The notes under the pieces are model-generated. The model was given only the letters and a program-made list of their open reading frames with translations, was not told where the DNA came from and did no database searches. Below, piece by piece: positions 23,300 to 30,889 of a stretch of 41,559 bases of DNA (the stretch's first letter is position 1; each line of letters opens with the position of its first letter). This DNA is from a virus: IMG/VR virus record IMGVR_UViG_3300045988_027176, positions 1 through 41,559 of that record; one strand, written 5' to 3'. A program made the translations under genes and the position numbers.

Positions 23300-24392
23300 A
23301 TAAGCACCTCGTAGACAACGCGAGAACGCTCTCTATGGTTTCGGACATGTCATAATATCTATAATCACCCAAACGGCCACAAACGATTAGACCGTCCTTT
23401 TCCGCTCTCAATCGGTATTTCTGGTACAGGGCTTCACTCTCTGCGTTATTGACAGAATAAAAAGGTTCTTTCCCTCGTTCCCATGCGTCAGGATATTCGA
23501 TTGTCAGTACTGTTTTCGGGCTTTCTGTGTCAAAAACGAAGTGCTTATGCTCTATAACCCTAGTATGGGGGATTCTGCTCTCGGTGTAATTTACTACAGC
23601 CACACCTTGATAGTTGTCTATATCAACCGTCATCTGGTCAAAACGCAGGCTTCGCCACGGGAGTTCGCCATACTCATATCTGTAAAGCTCATCGAGTGCG
23701 CCAGTATAAACGATCTTCTTTGCCTTATACTTTTCCTTCGCTTCTTCAAAGGACGTATTTAAGGCTACGTCTGTACCGTTTAACAGTGATTCAATGAGTT
23801 TATTATACCCCTCGATAGGGATGCCCTGATATTTCGCATTATAATAGTTATTGTCCGCTGTATACCGAACTGGGATCCGCCGCATTATATCCGGCGGAAG
23901 TTCGGAACAAGACTTGCCCCATTGCTTTTCGGTGTACCCTCGGATAAACATCTTATAGATGTCTTCTCCGACAAGCGACAGCGCGTGTTCTTCTAGATTC
24001 TTCGCTTCGCGATCAAGCACAAGTCTCTGGCGGTTGATCTCCGCTTTCGCCTGAAAAGGGAAATTCACACCCCACAACTGCCGGAATGTGTTCATGTTAA
24101 ACGGGAGGTTGTAGCACCGCCCTGCGTAGCAGGCAAGGGGGCTGTTAATGAAATTATTGAAATGAACGAACTGATTGACGAATTTCCATACCTCGTCATT
24201 GTTCGTGCGGAAAATGTGCGCTCCGTATTTATGAACTGCTATCCCCTCAACATTTTCTTGGTAGCAGTTTCCGCCGATATGGTCGCGCCGATCCACGGCA
24301 ATACAGGACTTCCCAGCCTTTGTCGCCATATACGCAAAAACAGAGCCTGCAAGCCCTGTTCCAACTATTAAGTAATCGTAGTTTTTTTCCAT
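23283..24392 (-). CDS. glf: UDP-galactopyranose mutase
   Basis: Start MEKNYDYLIVGTGLAGS (FAD GxGxxG). Collinear by eye with bacterial Glf (HKYGAHIF, NLPFNMNTF, LVGEDIY..FIRGYTEKQWG, RIPVRYT.DNNYY...YQGIP, IEHKHF, GRLGDYRYYDM). The 35-aa N-terminal extension in the ORF track is rejected. Confidence 0.93.
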   Translation of the reverse strand: MEKNYDYLIVGTGLAGSVFAYMATKAGKSCIAVDRRDHIGGNCYQENVEGIAVHKYGAHIFRTNNDEVWKFVNQFVHFNNFINSPLACYAGRCYNLPFNMNTFRQLWGVNFPFQAKAEINRQRLVLDREAKNLEEHALSLVGEDIYKMFIRGYTEKQWGKSCSELPPDIMRRIPVRYTADNNYYNAKYQGIPIEGYNKLIESLLNGTDVALNTSFEEAKEKYKAKKIVYTGALDELYRYEYGELPWRSLRFDQMTVDIDNYQGVAVVNYTESRIPHTRVIEHKHFVFDTESPKTVLTIEYPDAWERGKEPFYSVNNAESEALYQKYRLRAEKDGLIVCGRLGDYRYYDMSETIESVLALSTRCLYGEDC

Positions 24393-25249
24393 TTTTCGTT
24401 CACCAGCTTCGGGCGGCAGTTGTTCCAACTTATTTTGTGATGGATTCGGAAATTTATTATGCCCTGTTTTGCGATCTTCACGAACGACGGGCAGCACATA
24501 ACACTGTAAAAGCTCTTCCGGTACGTACCGTTGTCCTGATATATGTCCGTCATTCCACCACGCATGTGCTGTGTCGGCGGCGTCTGTACCTGCAAGTACA
24601 TAACAGAATACATCAGCAGCCCCCGGCTTGCTTCGTCTATCGTCGTGGTAATATCGTCATTCATGCGCATACGGAATTTGACTTTTTTATCAGCGCGCAT
24701 CAAGAACGATCCCATAGTTTTCGGGTTAAGCCCCATGAAATACTTTTTTCCACGGATCCCGCCGAGGTATTCGCTCGACAGCGCAAAGGACAGCCATGCA
24801 ATGTCCGTCTTATCGATGTACCGCACAAGGTAATAGAAAAGCGTGTCAAGGTCCCGGCAAGCCTTTGTAACAAGCCTGTCATCCTCTACATATCTGAAAT
24901 CGATCCTCGTAAAATCATCGTCGAGCTGCAAATGATATTTATAGCCACGCTCTTCGGCAAGGTCTTGTATCTTGTTTCTTGCGAACACTCCAACGCGGCG
25001 GTCATTGTCCGTGTCGCCGGTATCCGTCTCATCCGCAACAGCCTTTTTATCAAACTGAATGACATGTTCGCCGAACTTAGAGAAGTATTGATCGGCTTGG
25101 TCGTCCTCATTGTCGATCACAACGTACCAGTCTCCGGTATAGCCGCTGTCTTTCAGCATCTTTACTGTTTTTATCTCGTCAGCTCTGCCGTGGCTTAGAA
25201 TAAAGACAGCGAAAGATTCGCGGTATTCACTCCTCGTCAATGCCCTCAC
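24368..25249 (-). CDS. Putative GT-A fold glycosyltransferase (DxD type), family not recognised
   Basis: 293 aa, GTG start. N-terminal beta-strand motif FAVFILSHGRA, then YVVIDNEDD, and a DxD-like motif HLQLDDDF. Overlaps the ParB-like gene by 23 nt and glf by 25 nt. Confidence 0.5.
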   Translation of the reverse strand: MRALTRSEYRESFAVFILSHGRADEIKTVKMLKDSGYTGDWYVVIDNEDDQADQYFSKFGEHVIQFDKKAVADETDTGDTDNDRRVGVFARNKIQDLAEERGYKYHLQLDDDFTRIDFRYVEDDRLVTKACRDLDTLFYYLVRYIDKTDIAWLSFALSSEYLGGIRGKKYFMGLNPKTMGSFLMRADKKVKFRMRMNDDITTTIDEASRGLLMYSVMYLQVQTPPTQHMRGGMTDIYQDNGTYRKSFYSVMCCPSFVKIAKQGIINFRIHHKISWNNCRPKLVNEKWKKTTIT

Positions 25250-25961
25250 CGTCCTTTAACTCTACCAAACCATCAAGCAGCTCTGCAAACCCATTAGCAA
25301 TGGCATTATCGATATCGACGATGACAAGTGCGGAACGCTCCATCAGTTCCTGCATTTCAGGGCTTGCACAGTTCGCATAGTATTCCGCAATATTCCTGTA
25401 ATTGAACACATTATGCCGGTTTGCCGCTGCAGTAAGGAACGCTTTCTGCTCAGGAAGGATGTCTGCGGCCTCAATCTCCATGATGAGGCTGTCCGTCTTA
25501 TCCGTATTGTACAAGTCGGCAAGGCTCGGCTTTATCCCGTCCGGCTCATACTGCGGAATATTGACTTTCATGCTGTACTGGTTAGGCTCGCTCTCTTTTT
25601 CTTCCTCAAAAAATCCGAAGTCAAAGCCCTCAAAATCCAGCTCCGCAAGTTCTTCCGATAAAAGCGCATCATCCCATTCGGCAAACTCATTCGTTTTGTT
25701 GTCCAGCAGACGATACTTCCGTTTCTGCTCCTTCGTCAGACCCTCTTTGATAAGAACATCCGCTTCTTTATAGCCGAGCTTTTTCAATGCCTTATATCTC
25801 GTATGCCCGGCAAGGATCACGCCGTCCTCATCCACAATGATAGGCGCAACGTAGGTGCACTGCTTGATGCTCTCCATGACATAAGCGACAGCATCATCAT
25901 TCTTTCTGGGATTCTTTTCATAAGGGACGATTTCCCTTAACAGCTTTTTGACAAGCTCCAT
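25227..25961 (-). CDS. ParB N-terminal (ParB/Srx nuclease-like) domain protein without a methyltransferase domain
   Basis: 244 aa. IVPYEKNPRKN...SIKQCTYVAPIIVDEDGVILAGHTRYKALKKLG is the ParB-N signature. The following linker (...FLTAAANRHNVFNYRNIAEYYA...) resembles the region that precedes the MTase domain in phage ParB-methyltransferase fusions, as far as I recall. Confidence 0.75.
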   Translation of the reverse strand: MELVKKLLREIVPYEKNPRKNDDAVAYVMESIKQCTYVAPIIVDEDGVILAGHTRYKALKKLGYKEADVLIKEGLTKEQKRKYRLLDNKTNEFAEWDDALLSEELAELDFEGFDFGFFEEEKESEPNQYSMKVNIPQYEPDGIKPSLADLYNTDKTDSLIMEIEAADILPEQKAFLTAAANRHNVFNYRNIAEYYANCASPEMQELMERSALVIVDIDNAIANGFAELLDGLVELKDGEGIDEE

Positions 25962-25987
25962 TTCAGTTCCTTCCTTTCCGCTTCCAA

Positions 25988-26017
25988 CAAAAAAGAGCCG
26001 GAATCGCTTCCAGCTCT
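25988..26017 (-). terminator. Strong rho-independent terminator immediately upstream of the ParB-like gene and late operon
   Basis: On the minus strand: AGAGCUGGAA-gcga-UUCCGGCUCU (10 bp, one G-U pair) followed by UUUUUUG. The RBS and ATG of the ParB-like gene follow within 27 nt. Confidence 0.75.
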
Positions 26018-26030
26018 TTCGAGTGTACCC

Positions 26031-26040
26031 ATTATAGCAC
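26031..26040 (-). promoter_or_regulatory. Extended -10 promoter-like element (TGcTATAAT) about 14 nt upstream of the terminator stem
   Basis: The minus strand reads gTGcTATAATgggtacactcgaa and then the terminator hairpin. There is no good -35. Confidence 0.35.
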
Positions 26041-26059
26041 TTGATTTTGGCTTTTTAGG

Positions 26060-26248
26060 CTAATCTTTCAACGTCGGCGTGAAACTTTCGCTTTTAAGCA
26101 TCCCCATGATCCTGCCCATTTCCGCAAGCCTCCCTGCGGAAAATTGTGTACCACCGCCATTTAATTTACAAGCTTCAATAAGCTCAAGTCGCCGCTCTTT
26201 GAAGAATTCATAAAGTCTGTCTGCGTCAATAGCTCTCATTAGTCCCAC
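26060..26248 (-). CDS. Hypothetical protein, 62 aa
   Basis: ORF with a GGGGTGGG RBS-like sequence. Overlaps the upstream gene. Confidence 0.5.
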   Translation of the reverse strand: MGLMRAIDADRLYEFFKERRLELIEACKLNGGGTQFSAGRLAEMGRIMGMLKSESFTPTLKD

Positions 26249-26487
26249 CCCATCATCTGAAAAATTTCGTCAAAATTAAAACATTTGCTTATGCCGGTAG
26301 TATCCTCCGTTTTCTGTAAAAGATGGCGGTCAATTTCTTTCTGCGCTTCAATGTGCTTTTCTCTCATAGTTTCAGAATAACCGTTGTGCTCATCCGTTAT
26401 CATGTACTCACAGCCACGGTACTCATAGAACAGATGAACGGCGTACCCGTTTTTGTCTCTGACCTTACCCTTGTATTTCGCTCTCAT
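26239..26487 (-). CDS. Hypothetical protein, 82 aa
   Basis: ATGA overlap with the upstream gene. RBS ggagatg. Confidence 0.5.
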   Translation of the reverse strand: MRAKYKGKVRDKNGYAVHLFYEYRGCEYMITDEHNGYSETMREKHIEAQKEIDRHLLQKTEDTTGISKCFNFDEIFQMMGWD

Positions 26488-26702
26488 TTCAGCATCTCCT
26501 TTCCAGCAAGATCAAACGCCATCTTGATTGCAGCGTCACGCGCTGCCGATCCTTTACCGTGTACGGTGTGTGTTCCTTTCCCGCGTTCTTCGACAAGAAA
26601 ATTGGCCTTTTCGCCAGTGTTCCATTGGTATATAGCAATGTTCGTTCCTACCAGCCAGAAATGATTCCCGTTGCGCTGCCACTGTTTTCCTCTAAAAGTC
26701 AT
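26484..26702 (-). CDS. Hypothetical protein, 72 aa (start MTFRGKQWQ)
   Basis: RBS gaaaggacaacggc before the ATG at 26702. The track start at 26765 is a TTG with no RBS. Confidence 0.45.
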   Translation of the reverse strand: MTFRGKQWQRNGNHFWLVGTNIAIYQWNTGEKANFLVEERGKGTHTVHGKGSAARDAAIKMAFDLAGKEMLK

Positions 26703-26751
26703 GCCGTTGTCCTTTCTGGGCGGTTTAGCCGCCGCCCTTCGGCTTTTTATC

Positions 26752-27060
26752 TCACGCGATTTCAAACCAATCGCAGAACTTCGTCATGTAGTGCTTTGCG
26801 ATGTGGTTTGTCTCTGCTGCCGCCCACTTCGTGGAGCGCTTTTCCATAATCGCCGTGTAGGTCTGAGCTTTAACACCGCTCTCAACCTTTTCGACCTTGC
26901 CGCTCTTTTCCATGATCCTGATGAGATACATTGTATCCCGGTCGTGAATCGCGTCGGCCTCAATAACAGCCTCGGCAATAGTCTTCGCGTTCAAAGCGCG
27001 ATACTCGGAAGTCATGGGCTTGTAGAATGCGCTGTAATCGATGTAAAGAATGTATTTCAT
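26752..27060 (-). CDS. Hypothetical protein, 102 aa
   Basis: RBS gaaaggaaattgaa. First gene behind promoter/operator cassette copy 2. Confidence 0.55.
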   Translation of the reverse strand: MKYILYIDYSAFYKPMTSEYRALNAKTIAEAVIEADAIHDRDTMYLIRIMEKSGKVEKVESGVKAQTYTAIMEKRSTKWAAAETNHIAKHYMTKFCDWFEIA

Positions 27061-27093
27061 TTCAATTTCCTTTCTGCCTGTCGGCTTGTTTAT

Positions 27094-27143
27094 TTGCCTT
27101 ACAGTCGTAGTTATAAACTATTTGGTTTAGAATGTCAACTGTT
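27094..27143 (-). promoter_or_regulatory. Promoter/operator cassette copy 2 (-35 TTGACA 27133-27138, 17-nt spacer, -10 TATAAC 27110-27115)
   Basis: 46 of 50 positions are identical to 1362-1411. The differences fall in one flanking half-site (CGACTGT versus CAACTGT) and in the central palindrome. Confidence 0.7.
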
Positions 27144-27180
27144 ATTTTGAACTTTTTGGATTATTTTTGAAAAGTTTTAT

Positions 27181-27209
27181 TTGACAAGCAAAAGTATATA
27201 GTTTACAAT
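27181..27209 (+). promoter_or_regulatory. Plus-strand promoter TTGACA-17-TACAAT for the HTH gene
   Basis: ttgacaagcaaaagtatatagtttacaat. The spacer contains tatatagttta, which is shared with the palindrome of cassette copy 1. Confidence 0.65.
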
Positions 27210-27230
27210 AAGATCGAAAGGGGTGATCCA

Positions 27231-27440
27231 ATGACTGCTAAGCAATTAGTTGATATGGCGCTGGCTTACGCCGGGATGAGCAAATCAGAGCTTGCCCGCC
27301 GCCTAAACTGGTCTCCGCAACTGTTAAGCAAGCGCCTAAATACCGGAAAGTTTTCCGTTGAAGAATGGGGCATTATTGCAAAAGCCATTGGCGCAGAACC
27401 ACATATCGGCTTTATTTTCCCGGACGGAAAAGAAATATAA
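27231..27440 (+). CDS. Small XRE-family HTH regulator, 69 aa
   Basis: SKSELARRLNWSPQLLSKRLNTGKFSVEEW is a classic XRE HTH. RBS gaaaggggtga. It is the only plus-strand gene inside the minus-strand lytic block. Confidence 0.8.
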   Translation: MTAKQLVDMALAYAGMSKSELARRLNWSPQLLSKRLNTGKFSVEEWGIIAKAIGAEPHIGFIFPDGKEI

Positions 27441-27444
27441 AGCA

Positions 27445-27476
27445 AAGGGGTAGTCATTCGACTGCCCCTTTTTTTG
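27445..27476. terminator. Bidirectional terminator between convergent genes
   Basis: 11-bp stem aaggggtagtc/gactgcccctt, followed by ttttttt on the plus strand and by a U-rich tract on the minus strand. The stop of the 27454-27873 gene lies inside the stem-loop. Confidence 0.7.
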
Positions 27477-27873
27477 TAAGTCCAAAGTTCTCTGCTGTTC
27501 TTTCGATGAATTTATTATGCCAGTTCTTAGCGGTTCCGTAGGAAACGAACAGGGCCATAGCTGCCCCATGCAAAGTATGTGTGCGCTTAAAAAAAACCAT
27601 TTCGATGAGCTTTACGCGATCCGCGCCATTAGGATACCGCATGGTGTCCCGTATGGTCTTTTCGACAGCTAAATACTCTTTCATATCATCGAAAGGCAGC
27701 TCGCGCAAGGCTACGCTTTCAGCGGCTCGGTTTACGTCCGTCCCTCGTCCTGTTGCGCCGTATGCAGGAACAACAGACTGCTCCCGTATATTCCGCAAAT
27801 CCTCACAATGCATCGGGTACGCCCGGATGATCGCTTTCACGAATCCCCACCATTTGTATCTTGGTTTGCTCAT
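27454..27873 (-). CDS. Putative late-gene transcriptional regulator (RinA/ArpU or sigma region-4-like)
   Basis: 139 aa. The C-terminal part (LHGAAMALFVSYGTAKNWHNKFIERTA) looks like a region-4-type HTH. Its position between the early and late blocks fits. Confidence 0.4.
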   Translation of the reverse strand: MSKPRYKWWGFVKAIIRAYPMHCEDLRNIREQSVVPAYGATGRGTDVNRAAESVALRELPFDDMKEYLAVEKTIRDTMRYPNGADRVKLIEMVFFKRTHTLHGAAMALFVSYGTAKNWHNKFIERTAENFGLTKKGAVE

Positions 27874-27937
27874 TTTGCCTCCGTTCTCGCAACGTTAAAC
27901 GCTCTGTACGGAATTTTCGATTGTCAGGCACATCTTT

Positions 27938-28585
27938 TCATGCCTCCCACGAAACGCTTAGCTTTGCCATGCTCACGGATCCGAGGACGGAGTAAACGAG
28001 GTTCAGCGCTTCTGTGGTCGTGGTGTTCTCGAAGCAGAGGCTTCCGCTCTTTGGAGTGCCCCCCCTATTCTGTACCGGCGGAGCGTCAGGAGCTTTGACC
28101 TCCTCCGGCGGTTCAGCAACTTCCGGCGTGGAATGCACCGGTTCCGGCGGCGCTTCTACATGATCGGCTTTCGGCTCCTCGGAGCAAAAGGCACGGAACC
28201 CGCCGTTGTTGGTATTCGCCCATCCTCCACGGTGCGGAAACTTGATGCCGAGCTTCTTAGTCTCCAAGCCTACAGAATTAATAGAAACACCAAACATCGC
28301 AGCGAGGTCTTTCTGCATCACGCCGAAGCGTTTTTGTAGGTTCTCTATGTACTCCCGGCGCACATCATCCGGGAGCAGTTTAAATTCTTTCCACCGCATA
28401 GGGCGGTTGAGCGCGTAGGTCTTTACTTCGCCGTTCATCGCTTCTCGTTCCTTTCTTGTTAGGTAGTCGGACGGGAAGAGGACTTTCCCGCCCTTACCGG
28501 TGTGGGTGCGCTTATTGTGGATGCCCCGCGCCGTTCGCTTCTTCTCTGCGCAGTCAGTAATGAAAACGTACTTTTCATCGTTCAC
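27938..28585 (-). CDS. Putative DNA-binding protein with a central HTH and a Pro/Glu-rich linker
   Basis: 215 aa. QKDLAAMFGVSINSVGLETKKLG is HTH-like. Confidence 0.4.
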   Translation of the reverse strand: MNDEKYVFITDCAEKKRTARGIHNKRTHTGKGGKVLFPSDYLTRKEREAMNGEVKTYALNRPMRWKEFKLLPDDVRREYIENLQKRFGVMQKDLAAMFGVSINSVGLETKKLGIKFPHRGGWANTNNGGFRAFCSEEPKADHVEAPPEPVHSTPEVAEPPEEVKAPDAPPVQNRGGTPKSGSLCFENTTTTEALNLVYSVLGSVSMAKLSVSWEA

Positions 28586-28587
28586 AG

Positions 28588-28776
28588 TTAAAGCTCTCCA
28601 TAACGTTCGATTTTATATTTCTCACCATCTATAGTGTATATCGTTAAAGTCTCACATATCACCGGGGGAGACGATACAGGAACGGAAACTGTGACCCCGT
28701 ATTTTGTCCCGCAATACTCACACACGCTCCCGGTGATCGGAGCTCCACAGTTCAGGCAGTTTGTCAAACCTCCCAC
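28588..28776 (-). CDS. Zinc-ribbon protein, 62 aa
   Basis: CLNCGAPITGSVCEYCG (CxxC...CxxC). Confidence 0.5.
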   Translation of the reverse strand: MGGLTNCLNCGAPITGSVCEYCGTKYGVTVSVPVSSPPVICETLTIYTIDGEKYKIERYGEL

Positions 28777-28994
28777 CCGAACTCGTCCTTTATAGCGTCT
28801 TTGACCATCCAGACGTTGAGATTGCCGCTTCCGACGCTCTCCCGGATGTTCGCCACCTCCGCCGACAGCTTGTTCACGTCCTCCTGCGTAGGATTAAAGC
28901 AGGACATCCATGCCCAGACGAAGATCGTCATGGCAATGGACACGGCCTTGTGCATGGAGACGTCTTTCGACTTGCGTTTGGATTTACTGCTCAT
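28764..28994 (-). CDS. Small membrane protein, 76 aa (start MSSKSKRK)
   Basis: RBS ggaggag before the ATG at 28994. One TM helix (AVSIAMTIFVWAWMSCF). Confidence 0.45.
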   Translation of the reverse strand: MSSKSKRKSKDVSMHKAVSIAMTIFVWAWMSCFNPTQEDVNKLSAEVANIRESVGSGNLNVWMVKDAIKDEFGWEV

Positions 28995-29571
28995 CGCGTA
29001 TCTCCTCCACATAGTTCCAGCTCTGCGGCGGGCGCTTAATATCGACCGGTTCTGCGCCAAATCGTGTAAAACGCAATCCGGTCCATTCGCTCAGCCCCCG
29101 CGGCTTGTCGTAGATTTTCAGATCGGAGATGTGCCAGCCGAACCCTGGGTTTCCGCCCAAATACGCATTGATCTCCTCCTCTGTTAAGCGCGACTCTTCG
29201 AGGAGCCGATCGATTGGAGATTCCCAATCTCCGTTATTCGCAATTCGATATTCCGGTTCTCCGCCACGTCTGGTGAAGCCGACACGCGCCAGCCAGACGG
29301 TGCCGTCGCATACAAACTCGCCTATGACCTTGCCGCTTAAAGTAATATTTCCGTGGCGTTCGAGTGCCTTTTGATGGTCTTTGCTTGTCGCAACATATAT
29401 TTTATTGTTATAATGTGACCTTGTAAGTAGCTCTGACTTCGTGCAGTAAATATAGCACTTGAACGGAGTTTCCAGCTTCGGGCGCGTCTTCCGGATCTCT
29501 GTGGTCTTTTCGCCATTTGCGATTAACTCACACCAGCGGGGTCGGATGCTTATCATTACTGCTTTACTCAT
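28984..29571 (-). CDS. ASCH (PUA-like) domain protein
   Basis: The N-terminus AVMISIRPRWCELIANGEKTTEIRKTRP matches the ASCH beta-barrel opening motif. Confidence 0.6.
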   Translation of the reverse strand: MSKAVMISIRPRWCELIANGEKTTEIRKTRPKLETPFKCYIYCTKSELLTRSHYNNKIYVATSKDHQKALERHGNITLSGKVIGEFVCDGTVWLARVGFTRRGGEPEYRIANNGDWESPIDRLLEESRLTEEEINAYLGGNPGFGWHISDLKIYDKPRGLSEWTGLRFTRFGAEPVDIKRPPQSWNYVEEIRDEQ

Positions 29572-29917
29572 CGTGTCTCCTTTCTCCGTCGGCGCAATAG
29601 AAATCCGCGCGTGTTGCTCTCAGCCCAACTTCGTGCCCGTCAAGGATTGTTGCGTTTTTTGCGCACATATCGCGCCCATTAAAAATTCTATGTTCTTTGC
29701 ACTCGCGGCAACGTACGACCGGCTCATACCCAAGCTGCACCGCCATTCTCTTAAACTGGCTGCGAGTGGGGCGATCAATATCGATTGTCGGTGCTGCATC
29801 GATAAGTTCTTTTACCTGTTCTTTATCAAGCAGCACACAATTTCTGCAATTCTGGAAAGCGTCAACGCTTGTTTCCGGGATAGCGAGTTTGAGATCGTCA
29901 GCGTTAATCAAGCGCAT
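29564..29917 (-). CDS. Hypothetical protein, 117 aa
   Basis: Overlapping ORF in the operon. C-terminal Cys pairs (CRECKEH...C...C). Confidence 0.5.
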   Translation of the reverse strand: MRLINADDLKLAIPETSVDAFQNCRNCVLLDKEQVKELIDAAPTIDIDRPTRSQFKRMAVQLGYEPVVRCRECKEHRIFNGRDMCAKNATILDGHEVGLRATRADFYCADGERRHDE

Positions 29918-30155
29918 GGTCTTTTCCTCCTTCGTATTTGGCGATCAGCATATTGAGATTGCGAAGTCTTCGCCTCGTGATAAGATTATCTTCGTACAGG
30001 TTGTCGCGGAGTGAAAGAAGTTCGGAGACGGGGACGGCGGCAACTGTATCCTGCATCCTTATCCAACGTAAGAACTGCCCCATAATGACCGGATTGTATT
30101 TGAATGCGGTCTTGACCTGCGATTCTTCGGCTTTTGCATCAATCAGCCTTGCCAT
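29904..30155 (-). CDS. Hypothetical protein, 83 aa
   Basis: Overlapping ORF in the operon. Confidence 0.5.
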   Translation of the reverse strand: MARLIDAKAEESQVKTAFKYNPVIMGQFLRWIRMQDTVAAVPVSELLSLRDNLYEDNLITRRRLRNLNMLIAKYEGGKDHALD

Positions 30156-30212
30156 TCACTACACCCCCCATTCCACCGCCACACACACCGATGGCATTTG
30201 CCGTAGCAGGGT

Positions 30213-30506
30213 TTATGCATCGCTGTCGCCTCCGTCCATCTTCGCACCGCAGTTGGGGCAGTATCGCATTTTTAGGTTCGTAAAATCCATGGCCTTAACG
30301 TCTCCTTGCCCGCATTCGGAGCATTCATAATCGCCGTATTTCTTATTCAACGCCCACCGCCCATGCCGTACAGGCGCAACGTCGGCGGCAGGAATCCCTT
30401 CAACAAAGCACTTCAATGCGACAATTTCAGGCTTCCAAATCGTATCCATGCAAGCGTCCAGATGGTTAATCAACGTCTCGCTCTTTATGTATTCAGTCAT
30501 TGTCAT
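30213..30506 (-). CDS. Hypothetical zinc-ribbon protein (start MTMTEYIK)
   Basis: CSECG...CPNCG. I place the start at the ATG pair at 30506/30500, downstream of ggagg. The longer track ORF overlaps the previous gene. Confidence 0.5.
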   Translation of the reverse strand: MTMTEYIKSETLINHLDACMDTIWKPEIVALKCFVEGIPAADVAPVRHGRWALNKKYGDYECSECGQGDVKAMDFTNLKMRYCPNCGAKMDGGDSDA

Positions 30507-30660
30507 CGCCTCCATCCGTCCGAACTTCTTTTTCAAGCGTTGTGTCGATAACTTTAATAGCGTCGAGAATGCCACAGCTTACGCTTTTGTCGAGGTCGAA
30601 TATAGCGCCCTCGATGAAGCCTAACATGCGCTGAATCGTTGAAAAGTCTTTGTGTGTCAT
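30493..30660 (-). CDS. Hypothetical small acidic protein (55 aa)
   Basis: My translation: MTHKDFSTIQRMLGFIEGAIFDLDKSVSCGILDAIKVIDTTLEKEVRTDGGDDND. Its start overlaps the upstream stop. Too short for the ORF track. Confidence 0.45.
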   Translation of the reverse strand: MTHKDFSTIQRMLGFIEGAIFDLDKSVSCGILDAIKVIDTTLEKEVRTDGGDDND

Positions 30661-30887
30661 GGTGTTTTCTCCTCATAGTTGTCTTTAATGCCGTGATTTC
30701 TCCGGCAGCAGGAGCACTTCTGGTGACGCTTGCCGAGCCATTTGCAGTTGTCGCAGGAAAGCGCGTCCTCTTCGAGCATCCGCAGCCAGTCACAGTCTGC
30801 CGGTTCGCAAGGATCGTCTGGGTAGAGCTCGTTGCATAATTCGCAGATAATCGTCCGCGCTGTTTTAATTTTCGTGTATTCAGACAT
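30657..30887 (-). CDS. Cys-rich small protein (start MSEYTKIK)
   Basis: RBS gggaggg. Multiple Cys pairs (CELC, CEPADC, CDNC, CSCC). Confidence 0.5.
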   Translation of the reverse strand: MSEYTKIKTARTIICELCNELYPDDPCEPADCDWLRMLEEDALSCDNCKWLGKRHQKCSCCRRNHGIKDNYEEKTP

Positions 30888-30889
30888 GG

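Noticed and set aside
24393-24497. 35-aa N-terminal extension of the Glf ORF (track start at 24497).
   Set aside because: Bacterial Glf proteins begin right at the FAD-binding strand (M..YDYLIVG.G). The extension lies entirely inside the upstream GT gene.
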